Assembly: GCA_013239625.1 (NCBI GenBank)
Contig: MU053873.1
Span: 2,866,524-2,930,523, forward strand
Direction of reading: 5' to 3'
Source: Lama guanicoe
Lineage: Eukaryota
DNA length: 64,000 bases
The notes below the pieces were generated by a model that worked only from the letters and a program-made list of their open reading frames with translations, was not told the origin of the DNA and did no database searches. This document shows positions 26,183 to 39,100 of the stretch, piece by piece. The translations under genes and the position numbers were made by a program. How positions within the stretch are numbered: the first letter of the stretch is position 1; the number at the start of each line of letters is the position of its first letter.

Positions 26183-26217
26183 CTGCAGTGTAGCAAAGGT
26201 GCCAGCAGGTGGCAGTG
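26183..26217 (+). promoter_or_regulatory. CTCF motif with upstream (U) module
   Basis: Core GTGCCAGCAGGTGGCAGTG at 26199-26217, preceded by CTGCAGTG at typical spacing. Confidence 0.65.
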
Positions 26218-27558
26218 GCAACTCAGAAGGCGTTCCCCACAGACTCCCTGGAATTATCTTTCATAAATTAACAGGTTAATGAGTACAACATATATTTACT
26301 GAACACCTTCCATGTGCCAGGGACTGTTCTTGGCCCTGGACATACAATGATGAGAAAGACAGACGTGACCCCTGCCTTTTTGTAACTTAACGTTCATGTA
26401 ATACACAGGTTATTTCTTGGACCAGGCACTGTCCTGGCCCTGGGGAGATAGAAAGGGACAAAAGACAAATTCTTAGACCTGGGGGTAAAGGAAGATGTTG
26501 ACAGAAGGTCTAGGAAGATGAGGGGGAGGCGTCCCCAGCTGTTCTCACCTGGCTTCATCCTAGAATCACCCTAGATTATTCAGTGGGCTGGCTCTGCACC
26601 CTAAGGTATTTTAATTTAATTAGTTCCCTCAAAGTATTATTTTTAAAGCTCCCCCGGTGATTCTAAAGTCCAGCCAGAACTTTAGGAATGAAGGATTTAG
26701 GGCTCAGAACTGCTGCTTTGGTGTCTTGGGATGGTTAAGTAATTGATTAATCATTTAATTAATTAATTCCCCCAATTAATTCAAATATCCATTTTGTACC
26801 AGCGGAGTTACAAATATTATTTCTAATCCTCCCTCAAGTCCTTAAAGATGGTTAACAGTTCTGAGCAGAACAGCCAACATTTACTGAGAGCATCCTATGG
26901 GCCAGGCACTATTTGGAGTTTTATAGCTGTAAACTCATGTAAGTTGCACAACCACCACAAGACACGGATATTAATTATCATTGTCCATGTTTTATATCTG
27001 AGCAAGTGAAGCACAGAACTCTTGGGTATCTTGTTGGGTAACCTGTTAAGCTAACTTGGTGCGAGAGAGAGGATTCAAATCCAAGTGGTCCAAGTTTGCT
27101 GTTAATCACTGCATTAGACACTCATTTTTATAGATGAGGAAACTGAGGCTCAGGGGATGGCCTCTTGTGAAAGGTCCCACAAGAAGGAAGGGGCTGAGCT
27201 GTGATTTGATTCTTTGGCTCCAAAGTCAGTCCATTTCAATTCTGACCCAGCCGTCAGAGTCTGAGAAGAATTCCATGCAAAGTTCTTTCCCTGGCAAAAA
27301 GCCAGCTGTTTTTTGAAGGCATTTGTGTTTATCCTCAGCTCCCAGAAGATGGCAGGATGGAAAGTGACCTGAATTTGAAACCGGAGGCTTGGATCTAGTG
27401 TGTGACCTTGGGTGAATCATTTTATGTCTCTGGACTTCATTTATTTTTCCCTGCCTGTTAAGTAAATGGACTGGACCAAGACCCCCTCCTTAGCTGGGAT
27501 GTGGCTGGACAATGACATTCCAAGGATGTACCCACACTTTGAAATAAGATCATCTAAG

Positions 27559-27780
27559 GCAGGTGTTCTCAACCTACATGCTACTGACATTTTGGGCTGG
27601 GCAACTCTGTGGTGGGTGGTTCTGTGTCTGGTAGGGTGTTAGGAGCATCCTTGGCCTCCATCCACTAGATGCCAGCAGCACTCCTCTCCCTCTGTTGTGA
27701 CAACCGAAACTGTCTCTAGAAATTGTCACTGACAACTGTCCCCTGGGGAGCAACGTCACCCCTGGTTGACAATCACTTGT
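27559..27780. mobile_element. MER20 hAT MITE (further copies ~44075-44295 and ~55810-56000)
   Basis: caggtgttctcaacct...ctgacattttgggctgg...ggcctccatccactagatgccagcagcac...ccctggttgacaatcact. Confidence 0.75.
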
Positions 27781-29047
27781 CTTAGGTTTAAACGATTCTG
27801 ATCACAGTGGTGTGACTTCATCCCGTTCTCTCCCAGGAATTCAAGAGAGCTGGACTGATGGTCTTACAGACATAATCACACACCTGCCCTCATTTCTATT
27901 CCCCTCCCTCCACACCGCATTAAGTATAGGAAAAAAATGCACATTTTTGGAGCACATTTGAGCAAAATGCTCAAAATCAGGCTCCCTGGCTATTGTTATG
28001 AAGGGTTTGTGGTCGTGGAACACTGAAACTGAGCAGTAATTAGCAACCAATGTTAGTCGAGCACTTATTGTATACTAGGCACATCGTCATGAGCTACTGC
28101 TTGATGAGGACACCAGCTTCGGCTTGTTCAAAGTCACGCAGCTGTCCAGTGGCAGAGCTGGGATGCAAAGGTGACCTGCTGGCTTTTAAATCCTGTGCAT
28201 TTAACGGTTCTGCTAGAATGAAGGGCCCTTCTTGTGCCCGAATCCCCTGGGCTATCGTGAACTGCTCTGAGCTATGGCTTTCTCAGAGACGGGAATTTCT
28301 TAATGAAGACGGGCACCCAGCTAGAGCTCAGCCTGCTGGCAGAGGGGAGGCCCCTGGGGATGACTCGTTTGTGGAAACTTTTACTATGGCCAAGGTCTGG
28401 CCACGTGGGCTCCTCCTAGGCTAGGAAATCTCCTTGTCTCCTATTTGTGGTGTTCTGGGGGCAAGGCAGTGAAGGCCAAGGGCCCCCAGGAGAATCCTTC
28501 TGTGCCTCCCCAGAGAGCCGCCCATAAAACCCTCGCTGGGTTTGTCAGATCATTACTTTTCATGGTGTGGCTGATGTTTTCTGGGCGGGAGCCCCAGCAG
28601 CCGTCTACCTTACCGTCACCAAAGAGAAGTTGCAACAAAGCCGCGAAGTGCAATTAAGACCGCATGAGTGCTGCGAACGGTGATGATGGCAGTAATAGCA
28701 ACAAATACTGTCATTTTTTTGAGCCTGTTGGGCCCAAGGGATACAAGAACCGACTGGATACAGTCCTAGCAGGTGAGGTGTGTGTTTGAGTCTCGGAACT
28801 CGTAAACAGATCATCTCAATCAGCTGCAGCAAGTGCTGTGTAACTATAGAAGCCATGGGAGTGCAGAGGAGAGATACATGACCTAGCCTGGGCAGTCAGG
28901 GAGGCCTTCCTGGTGGAGATGATGCTGAGGATTTCTTATGATTTCCTTCATAGACTTGTTTCTCCTCCCGCATCTTCAACAGACCCCAGGCTCCCTGAGA
29001 ATGTGGATTGGGTCTGTTTGCACATTGCTATATTTTCAGAGCCTAGC

Positions 29048-29978
29048 ATTACTGTTCCCAAACTAGGTGCCATGGTGCCCTGGGGTGCCACCACAATCTC
29101 ACTGGGGTTCTTTGAGGTTTTAAAAAAAATGTTGAGGAGACACAGTGACATCTTCCAGTCCCATGTGCACCAGTAGCTGGGGGAAGGTCACAGCTTTAAC
29201 ATCAGACTGAGCTTCTTCCCTTTGGATGACGCCCCGTCTTTGCAGAGCGAGGTTTTCTGTGGTTGTGGTTCTCAAAAGCAAGAACTATGACAAAATCAAT
29301 AAGGACCAGGGGATGAAGGGGGCGGAGTCCAACCTGATGCTAAAAGTTTGAGAAGTTTGGTGGAGCCGAACAGGCATCTCTGCAGTAGTAACTGTATTAC
29401 AATTGCATTACAATTACTGTAATTGTAAATAAGCGTTATTTAAGAATGAAATAAATAAGTTCACTTGTGTCATTGGTTTAGATTCCACATATAAGTGATA
29501 TCATTTGGTATTTGTGTTTCTCTCTCTGACTTACTTCACTTAGTATGATCATCTCTAGGTCCATCTATGCTGCAAATGGCATTATTTCATTCTTTTTTAT
29601 ATAAACGACAAGGACCTATTGCATAGAACAGGGAACTATATTCAATAGCTTGTAATAACCTATAATGAAAAAGGATATGAAATATACACATACATATACA
29701 TAACTGAATCGCTATGCGGTTCACCAGAAGCTAACAGAACATTGTAAATCAATTATACTTCAATTTAAAAAAAAAGTGAAATAAAAATAACATCTTTTCT
29801 TTCACTTTATGTGCCTTACTTTTTCAAGCAGCTACAAGGGTGTCAGGGTATAGCTGCTTATTAAGTGGTTTGGACCTGTTTACTAAATATAATTGTTAGG
29901 TGTCCTGGCCCAGGAAATCTACAAAGCAACCCCAACACTCCAGAGACTGTGAGTTGAGAAAGTTTGGGACCCTCCGTC
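29048..29978 (+). mobile_element. hAT-Charlie (Charlie4-like) element with degenerate transposase C-terminus, interrupted by L1
   Basis: Termini tgttcccaaact ... agtttgggacc; 29210-29390 resembles a decayed hAT dimerisation-domain coding sequence (LPF..GFS..KSK...FEK). Confidence 0.6.
29458..29776 (+). mobile_element. 5'-inverted L1 insertion
   Basis: Antisense L1 segment 29460-29600 fused to a sense 3' end with poly(A); flanking repeat tgaaataaa at 29447-29455 and 29777-29785. Confidence 0.8.
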
Positions 29979-31179
29979 TTAGCATGTGCCTGCCTAGAGG
30001 AGGACACGTTAAATGACTGAATTATACCCAGCAATCCTGCCTGGTAGGAAGTAGTAATTCCTTTTCACGAGGGAGGACCCTAAGGCCCAGAGAGGGTGAG
30101 TTACTTGCCCAAGGTCACTCAGCAGAGCTAGGGGTGTGTCTGATGGCAAATCCCAGACTCGTCCCTCTACCTATATCTGACCTCTCCGTTCTCAAAGTGG
30201 CCTGAGGTAAACAGACCAGGAGTGAAAAGACATGGCTTTGAGTCCCAGCTGGACCAAACCACGACATTGGGCAAGTGACGTGAACAGAGGCTATAGACAA
30301 CCAGAGTTTGTACAATTTGCCATCCACTTCATGAGCTTGTTGGTGGACGATCTTGGTCAACAGGAGAGCCCCAGAACTTTACCCAGGAGCTGAGGCTGCA
30401 GAGTGATGATGCTTTGAGGGGTTAGTCAGGCTTGAGCTGGAATTCTGGGTTCTCTTTCCCCTGCTGTGTGACCTCAGGAAAGCTGCTCACCCTCTCTGAG
30501 CCTTCTCTGCCTGCTTTTAAGTGGACACACATACTATTCATGCAGTTTTGTGAGAATTAAACATGTCAATGTTGGGAAAGGGTGCAGCCAAGATGCTCAT
30601 CAAACCAGGCTGTTTCCTCTGCTCAGCAGAGGAAACATTTTAAAGCTGTCTTATGTTCAACAACTTTGTCCTTAAAAATACTCTCGGACCCCAGATACAA
30701 CCTCACCCTTGCCCTGGCACCTGACTGCTAGAATCTGACCATCCTCCCACCCCACATGCCAGCTTCCGTCAGCCCCGCCTGGCTGGAAAGTTGCTGGAAC
30801 CCCACACCGGGTTCTGCTCCAGGCGTCTCTCTGTAAGGGGGATCGGCATGTCTCCTGACACCCAGCTTGACTCGTGAACTCATCAGCGTGGGTGTCAAGG
30901 ACGCCTTCTCACCGGAGCGCCCTGGGTCTCAGGGGAAGGCAGCCCCAGAGGGAGGGGGGGAAGCCAGCTTCTCGAGGCTCAGCAGCCGCTGCAGCCCAGG
31001 GGCTCCTTGGAGGCTGTGTGCCTCATTAGTTGAGGTGCCTTTTCTTTCTTTTTAAACATAGCTCCACCCTTCAGTATTTTTAAATGAGCCTTTGTTTGTA
31101 GCTTTTCATCTCTGGGTCTCAGGAGCTTGAATTACTCAGGATGCTCGGATCACCCTCAGTCATTGGGCGGGGGAAGGGA

Positions 31180-31590
31180 GCTATATTTGCTTTTCGGGAT
31201 GGTGTCACAAAGTGCCACCAACCGGGGGGCTTGGGACAATAGTCATTCACTGTCTCATAGCTCTGGGGGCCAGAAGCCTGAAATCAAGGAGGCAGCAGGG
31301 CATCCTTGACATGCAGGTGCGGCTCTCCCATCTCTGCGGCATCCTGTCTGTGTCTGTGTCTCCATCACGTGGCATCCTGTCTGTATCTGTGTCTCCATCA
31401 GGGTCCCAGTCCCCCTCTTCTTACGAGGACACCAGTCACTGGATTAGCGCCCACCTTAATCCAATGCGACCTCATCTTAACTCGACTGTATCTGCCAAGA
31501 CCCTATTTCTGAAAAAGGTCCCAGTTATAGGTCCTGGGGGGTTAGGATTTCAACATACCTTTTTTTGGGGGGCACAGTTCAACCCACAAT
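31180..31590 (-). mobile_element. MaLR LTR (MLT1B/C-like) with internal ~33 bp tandem duplication
   Basis: ctcttcttacgaggacaccagtcactggattag...atctgccaagaccctatttc; ggcatcctgtctgt(g/a)tctgtgtctccatca at 31338 and 31371. Confidence 0.8.
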
Positions 31591-32284
31591 GGGAAACAAC
31601 TAGTGTGGACTTGGCCCAAAGGTCAGGGGATGTGGCTGTGGTTAAGGCATTAGGGCCACAGATTGCAATTCCCCTGGGACAGCCCTGTGTGGGTTGGGAC
31701 CCTGCAACTCACAGTGAAAGGATGGGGCAAGACTGGGGGAAGGGATGCTGGCCTTGGAGACTGGAATCCTAAATCTCAATCCTAGTCCTGCCCATGAAGA
31801 AGTTTTGTGACCTTAGTCATGTTTCCCTTTGAGTCTCAGTTTCCTTTACACACCCTCCTACACACATTTATATATGTGTGTACATACATACGCTCACATC
31901 GCTCTCTCCCTACATACGTTTAGCAATGTGTTTCGCACATGAGAACTCCTGATCTCTGTATTTCCCTTCGAGCTTGAGTCTCCTTGATGCATCTGCACAT
32001 ATACACACACATACCATACACATGTATACAGTCGGTCACAAACATGCACAATGTGCTTAGCATAATGCCTTACACGGTTGACAGATAACAATTATTGTTA
32101 CTGTCTGTAAAATGGGGGCAGCTGTGTGTCATCTCAAGGTTACCCCTCAATTGCATTTTATCTCCCAGATTCCCTTCAGCTCTGAAATTCTGGGACTCAG
32201 ACTGAAGAGGGCAGATGGGGAGACAGGGCTGTGTGATGCAAGAGCCCCTGTTGCTTGCGACAACAGAACAACGAAGTCTCGCCT

Positions 32285-33065
32285 CTTCCGTGCAGAGCTT
32301 CCGATTTTGATGAGTTCCCACCTGCCTGTATTTGCTTTTGTTACCCGTACGTCTGGAGTTGTCACCACGAAATCACTGCCGAGACCAAAAGCATGAAGCT
32401 TTCCCCCTATGTTTTCTTCTAGAATTTTTACAGTTTCAGGTGTTACGTCTGAGTCTTTAATTCATTTTGAGTTGCCTTTTGTGCAGAGTATGAGGTAAGG
32501 GTGCAATTTCAAAGGAAATAATCGGTGAGAGCAATCTCCAATTTAGGGAATAGGAGAATGTATTTGCAAGCCATGTATCTGACAAGGGGTTAACTTCCAA
32601 AATATGTAAGGGACTCCTACAACCCCATAGCCAACAACCAAATAACCCCGTTAAAAAAATGGGCGAAGGACTGGAAGAGGCATTTCTCGGAAGAAGACAC
32701 ACAAACGACCAGCAGGCACAGGAAGGATGCTCAGCGCCACTAGTCACCAGGAGATGCGAATCAAAACCACAGTGAGGTGTTGCCTCACGCCTGGTGGGAT
32801 GGTCTTTATCAAAGAACCAGACGACAGTAAGAGTTGGCGAAGATGCGAAGGAGAGGGACCCCTCGGTGGGAATGCAGGATGGTGCGGCTGCTACGGGAAA
32901 CCTTACGGAGGTTCCTCAGACAGTTAAAAATAGAACCACCGTAGGATCCAGCAATCCCACATCTAGGTATTTACCATAGAGAATTGAAATTGGGAACTTG
33001 AAGAGACACTAACACGCCCATGTTCACGGCAGCACTATTCTTACCAACCAAGATGTAGAAACTTA
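32285..33065 (+). mobile_element. L1 ORF2 relic with inverted 5' segment
   Basis: Antisense ORF2 32285-32510, then sense ORF2 32511-33065. Confidence 0.8.
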
Positions 33066-33114
33066 TGTCACTGAGGGGTGAGCCGGGGGCTCAAGTGAGA
33101 AAAACAGGACTCAC

Positions 33115-33306
33115 AGACACAGTGGGGCAGGCGGGACGTCCAGATGGGCGTGCCGGTTTCGCGGCTGTAGCAGGTCAGCAGAGAGCTCCCTTCCAGCACG
33201 AAGCCGGGGTTGCAGGTGTACTGGATGGTGGTGCCCACCAGCAGCACGGGGTCCGAAATCAAGCGGGTCGAGTGGTCCACCTCCCCGGGGTCGGTGCAGT
33301 ACATAA
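33115..33306 (-). CDS. SEZ6L: SEZ6L coding exon 12, Sushi/CCP domain
   Basis: 192 bp; cgcAG/GTgagt; IMYCTDPGEVDHSTRLISDPVLLVGTTIQYTCNPGFVLEGSSLLTCYSRETGTPIWTSRLPHCV. Confidence 0.97.
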
Positions 33307-33727
33307 CTGCGCGGGACGAAAGAAGACCAGGCGGGCGTTAGGGCTCCGGGTGACCGGAGGTTTGCCGACGACTCCAGAACGAGCCGGAGAGCCTCCTCCC
33401 TTAGCTCCTTCCCCGTGTGAGAGACAAGGCAGGTGGCTGGCGAACAGGCCAGGGCTCCCGAGACCTGAACTTAATTCCACTTCTAGGAATCTGCCCAAAG
33501 ATCTATGTACAAGGTTATACATCACACCATTACTTGCAACAGTTAAAAAATAGAAAAAAAGGGGGGAAAAACCCCAATACAAAGCCTTTAACAGAAGAAG
33601 AGGTAAGTGTCATGGAACAACCATTCCATGACATCCTGATCCACCACGAAAGAGAACAAAGTGTTTTCTCTGTAGGGCTTCACTATGGTCAAACGCCTAG
33701 TACTTTTTAATTAAAAAGTCAATATAG

Positions 33728-33916
33728 GGTGGGGATGGCATAGCTCAGTGGCAGAGTGCGTGCTTAGCATGCACAAGGTCCTGGGTTCAACCCCCAGGAC
33801 CCCCACTAAAAGTAAATAAATAAATAAAATCCTAATGACCTCCCCCCCAATAAATAAAAATAAAAAAACGCGAAATTGTAGGAAAAAGGCTCAAAAAAAC
33901 AAAAGAAATATTAAAG
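33728..33916 (+). mobile_element. Vic-1-type camelid SINE
   Basis: tRNA-Ala head tagctcagtggcagagtgcgtgcttagcatgcac..., A-rich tail; TSD aagtcaatatag at 33716-33727 and 33917-33928. Confidence 0.85.
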
Positions 33917-35385
33917 AAGTCAATATAGATGGAAGGAAAACAATCATCCAACTAAAACAGATGAAGTAGACAAGCTGCGGGCTGCAAAAACGTATCTGTA
34001 TTTCTGAGTTGGAAAAAAAGGGTGGCTGCAAGGCAGTCTGTATAAACTGGTGCCTGTCATGGTGACATGCCAGCGATTTCTGTATGTAGCCCTGCGGGTC
34101 CACCTGCACGAAACAGACAGCGTGTCTGTGTATCTGTAACAGACCCATGCGGACAATTGGAACGATTCTTTCGAGAGTGGCGCCACCGCTAGACAGCAGG
34201 CCGTCACCGACTCGCTCCTTCGACCTCGCTGTTTTACCACTGCCCGAGAACCGCAAGCAAGCATTTGTTACTTGTGTGATGTGGTTACCATCGGGGGTGG
34301 AGCTTAACAAGTGAAAGGTGGTAACGACATCTAGGGACTTCCAGGTGGGACCCCAGTGTCCTACGGAGCTTCTCCTGCCCTCGTTTCACTAGAAGAGAAA
34401 GTAACCAAGCAGGGCGGGGAGTCTGCATCTCAGACGTGGAGAGTCGGTTAGGCTCCCAGCGTGGGAACTAAACACACAAGGGGCCCAATGCAAATTTATT
34501 CCCTCTGCTTTGGTCCTTTTATTTTTTGGGCAAAAATTGAGGCACGCGAGGGGACTGTCCCACAGAGCTAGTTTATCCCTTCCAAGCTTTTAAAATGTTT
34601 AAAAAAAATAATGGTGATGCAGATCACATCCATGAGTCCATGAGGGGTTTCTCCAACTACCACCACGTGGGGCTTCGCACTGTCCATTTCAATTTTCTGT
34701 CACTATGCCCCACCCCCCACATACATTCTGTTGCAGAACAAACAGATGTGTTCCCCTAGCTGGTTTGGTGACTCTTTAGCGAGGTCCTTCACGTTTCCTA
34801 CAATTATAATGAATGTTCCTTGATGTTGGAATGTTTGTGGTAAGAACTGTATGGAACCCCCACAATTTCCTTCCCTGTTACTCTCTTTCTCTGCTCACAG
34901 TCCATATTTCTTATTTTGCAATCAGTGATTTAGGTCATGCTGATCAGAATTACCAAAGTACCCCCCAGGATCCAAGGATTCCCAGCAGACTAGAGCTTTA
35001 GGTAGGAGGTGGGAAGCAAAGGGCTGGGGCGGGGGCAGGCCACCTCCAAGTTTAGCTCCGCCCACTGCTACTGTGACATCCATGTAGAGACCAGAAGCAC
35101 TTCCTTTCACTACCCATCTTTAAGACGCTAGACTCAGCTGTCACGACACACCTGGCCCGCACTCCTGAGGGGAGCAGGCAGGAGGGACCAGGAGACAGGG
35201 CTGGATGAAGTCATTTACCTACCACAGGGGTTCTGAACTGGGGCTCCAAGGGCCAACTTAGACTAGTTTGGGCTGATTACTGTAGGTATTTTAAAGAACT
35301 GAATTTGAATGATGTTTTTACACAAGCTACTCACATTCACTGCAGTCCACACCGCTCCCTACTGTCTCACACCCAGCTTGCTTCA

Positions 35386-35784
<399 letters not shown>

Positions 35785-35914
35785 TTATGAATGTCAGAGG
35801 AAAAAGCAAATAGAAGAAAAGGCCTCCAGAAATAAGCAACGCAACTTCTGAAATCCCTTAACCTGCAAGAACTCTTCTATAGTGTGATTTTGTAATAATT
35901 TCTTCCCACTTTGG

Positions 35915-36115
35915 GTGTGGAGCCTCTGGCCCCAGTCAAGCCTTCAGATGATGGCAGCCCCAGCTGGTATCTTGACTACAACCTCAGGAGAGATCCCAGG
36001 TCAGAACTACCCAGTATCAACTCCTAAATTCCTGGCCCACAGAAACGGTGAGATCAGAAACGTTTATTGCTAATTTGGGGGGTAATCTGTTACACAGCAA
36101 TACGTTGCTGCTACA
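35915..36115 (+). mobile_element. MaLR LTR 3' part (MLT1G/H-like)
   Basis: ccagtcaagccttcagatgatggcagcccc...aattcctggcccacagaaac...tgttacacagcaata. Confidence 0.7.
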
Positions 36116-39100
36116 CTCAGCCTCATTCTAAGAATGTCTATAAATCTACTGGTTTGATGGATTAGTAATATACATTTTCGTCATGCTGATTAAGATAACA
36201 ATGTAACTATTAGAATAGAAATAATCATTGGTCGCATTCTTCAAATCACATTGCAGATCATCAGCGAACATTAACCACGCTCCAGAAAATGCTACACACA
36301 GTTGATTACCACAGAGTCCTCCTCTGGAATGATTTTGCTTTCCTCCTGCAAACCTTCGTTACCAAGGTAGCGACCCAAAGCCCACTATTACGAGTCTCGC
36401 TTCAAAGTGCCCACTGCACAGATTTTGAGAAGAGAGCTAATTATGCCGTATAATTAATTTGCAGCTCTCATGTGCTTCTGGGGAAAGCAAAGTGCCTCCG
36501 CTGTCTGCAGGAAAGTCATTCTGAGAAACAAGCCATGGCTTTTCCCGGGATTTCATAGTGATTTTATTTGGGGGAGGGAGATCTCATGGGTGTCTGCAAG
36601 AAGAGGGGCACCGGGACATGGCTTCTAGAATTGCTTGGTGGGGACCAGGAGCCTCTATTTTTAGGCCTTTGAAAAATCAGTTGAGCCCTGGATTGAGGAC
36701 ACAGCTGCAAATGCTCACACTATGGATGAAAGAGGCGCAATGGGGGCAAAAACTGGATCCGTGGTCTGCTTTGTGCCAAATGCTTTCAGATCAAGAAAGG
36801 TTTGCTTGTCTGACTTTTCAATACGAGCCGACAGGTCTACACAGTCCTGCAGGACCACCCGTCTCCTCTGTGGCATCCACTGCATTTGGGATTACTCAGT
36901 GGCTGCCACAGTGCAGCACAGCCTTGACTCAAATCTTGGCCCCACTGTCTACTACCTGGGCGGCTTTGGCCGACTCACTTAACTTTCTGTTCTTCAGCTC
37001 CCAGGCTCCACCCCCAGAGACCCTGATTCAGGAATCTGCGTGTTCACCAGACATCCTAGGTGGAGGTTCTGGGATCATCTGTTCCTATGAACCCTTGTTT
37101 CCTTTGCTAAGAATGACAAAACTGGCCCCGGAGTCAGAGAACTTTGCTTCTAATCCTTTCTTTGTTTTAGAAGCTGTGTGACTCCAATCATGTCCATAAA
37201 CATCTCTGAGCTTCACTGTCCTCAATCACAGAGTGGAGAGAAGAATCATGACCCTGTCTAGCCTTAGGGGCAAAGTGAAAACTAAGTCATGTGCACGATA
37301 TACCAGTAACACTAAGATGAGTTACATGGATTCATTGACTTGTTTGACTAAGATGTGAGTGCCTACTATGTACCAGGCACCAGGAATATAGGGATCTGAA
37401 TATAGGGATCACGGTTCTATTGTCATGGTCAAGATCAGCACCATGGTCCAACTTTTGGGCAAAAGAAATACCCAAATGCACTGAGTGCATGCCACCAATG
37501 ACTGGTCTTATGCTCATGGCAGACATTGCTAATCAATCACAGCAATCTCTTTCTTTGAATCAAGCTGAAACCTCCCCATCCTTCTCAACACAATACATCA
37601 GGGATCCACTGTCATTTGCTGGGGCTTGATCTACAATATGGAGCTTATTTATTACCTTGGGATTAGAGGAATAAACAGACCACTGACCAAAATCTTTGGA
37701 AGACACTACTTTCCCATCTCTGCCTTTTTATTCCTTTCCCTCCACAGGCTCTTGGCCACAGACACTAGCAAAACATCAGTAGCAGTGAGGAGAGTGGGTC
37801 TTTGCTTCTGCCTGGGCAGAGGAGAATTATTTGAAGTCAGAACCATGTGCGCCTAGAGTGTTCCTCTGGAAGGTTCTGACAGCAACCAGAGCAGATAAGC
37901 CTTGGCCACTTTCCAGAGCTGGGTTTTGGCCTTGAGATCAGTCTAGGAGCCTCAGAATTCTCTAGATGACAACAGAAACCCCTAACCCTTCCATCTGATC
38001 CCTTTACAGAAATGGGAGTTGCATCTATGTCTGGTTAAGTCTAGACCCAGGGTAGCAAATACCTCTCCTATGCCCATGACCGACATCACTAGTCAATCAT
38101 GGAACTCTTTCCCACTGATTTCAGGCGTGGCCTCCTCTAAATGCAACATGGTCTTCAGCATAGGTAGTCACGAGGAATTGCTTGACATCAAAATTAAATA
38201 CAGAGGCCCACTTCCCTTCTCTGTGAAATTAATGATGTGTTTCTTTAACAGAAATAAGGAGAAAACATTGAAAGGTTCTCTCTTTTTGTTTAATCCCAAA
38301 TTAGCCAGGCTGTGTACCCCAGGGGAGCACTCCCTGAAACCCTGTGCTCGTCAGCACAGGACCCTGACGTTGTCTCTCTCCTTTTCACTAACTGACTCAA
38401 GGGCAGGGAGAGAATTCTATCCTTTCCTGTATCCTGATGCCTAGCACAGGGTCTAGCACTTAGATTTGTGAGCCAAACTCTCTGGAAAATGGAGATTGTG
38501 CATTTGAAGATGAAACAAAATATATATGTAAGAGTGCTCGCCAACTTCAAATTGTTGCACGAATCTGTTTCAGCTTCAGTGAACAAGAGCACATCCTCTT
38601 CAACACAGTGCCAAACTGAACACTGGCCAGGCTTTCTGGTCAACCCTGGGCAGGCTTGGATAGAGTCAGATTTCTGCCATCAAGCTGAATGCAATTTGGG
38701 AAGACTGACTCAGGCACCAGAGGAGACAAATGACCAAAACTATGACCTCATCTTCCAGTAGGGAGGGGTGGGGGAGGAGAAGTCTAGAGAGGGAGATGGA
38801 AGCCAAGTCATCAGAAAATCTCCCTCTAAAGGCAGCTCACTCCAGAGGGCACCTTGCCTGGACAGTTGGCCTGAGCCATCCCCCCACACCCAGGGCACCG
38901 CCTGCCAAAGAACACGTGCAAAGCGGCAGCCCTGGAGCGCTGAACACACTTAGCATCACAATCAAGGGCAACAGGGCCCCTGAGAAACATCAAAAAGGAG
39001 GTGAGCACTTGTGACGGCCTCTCTGAGAGGTGCGTGCACAGCAGGGCAGGGACGGGAAGTGTCCACCTGCTGGAATCAAAAAATATGGAAGGGACTTATT

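Noticed and set aside
33065..33553. 162-aa plus-strand ORF
   Set aside because: Antisense shadow of GC-rich exon 12
36558..37181. Longest ORF in the track (207 aa)
   Set aside because: Intronic and antisense, runs through MIR/MER5-like relics, no recognisable domain
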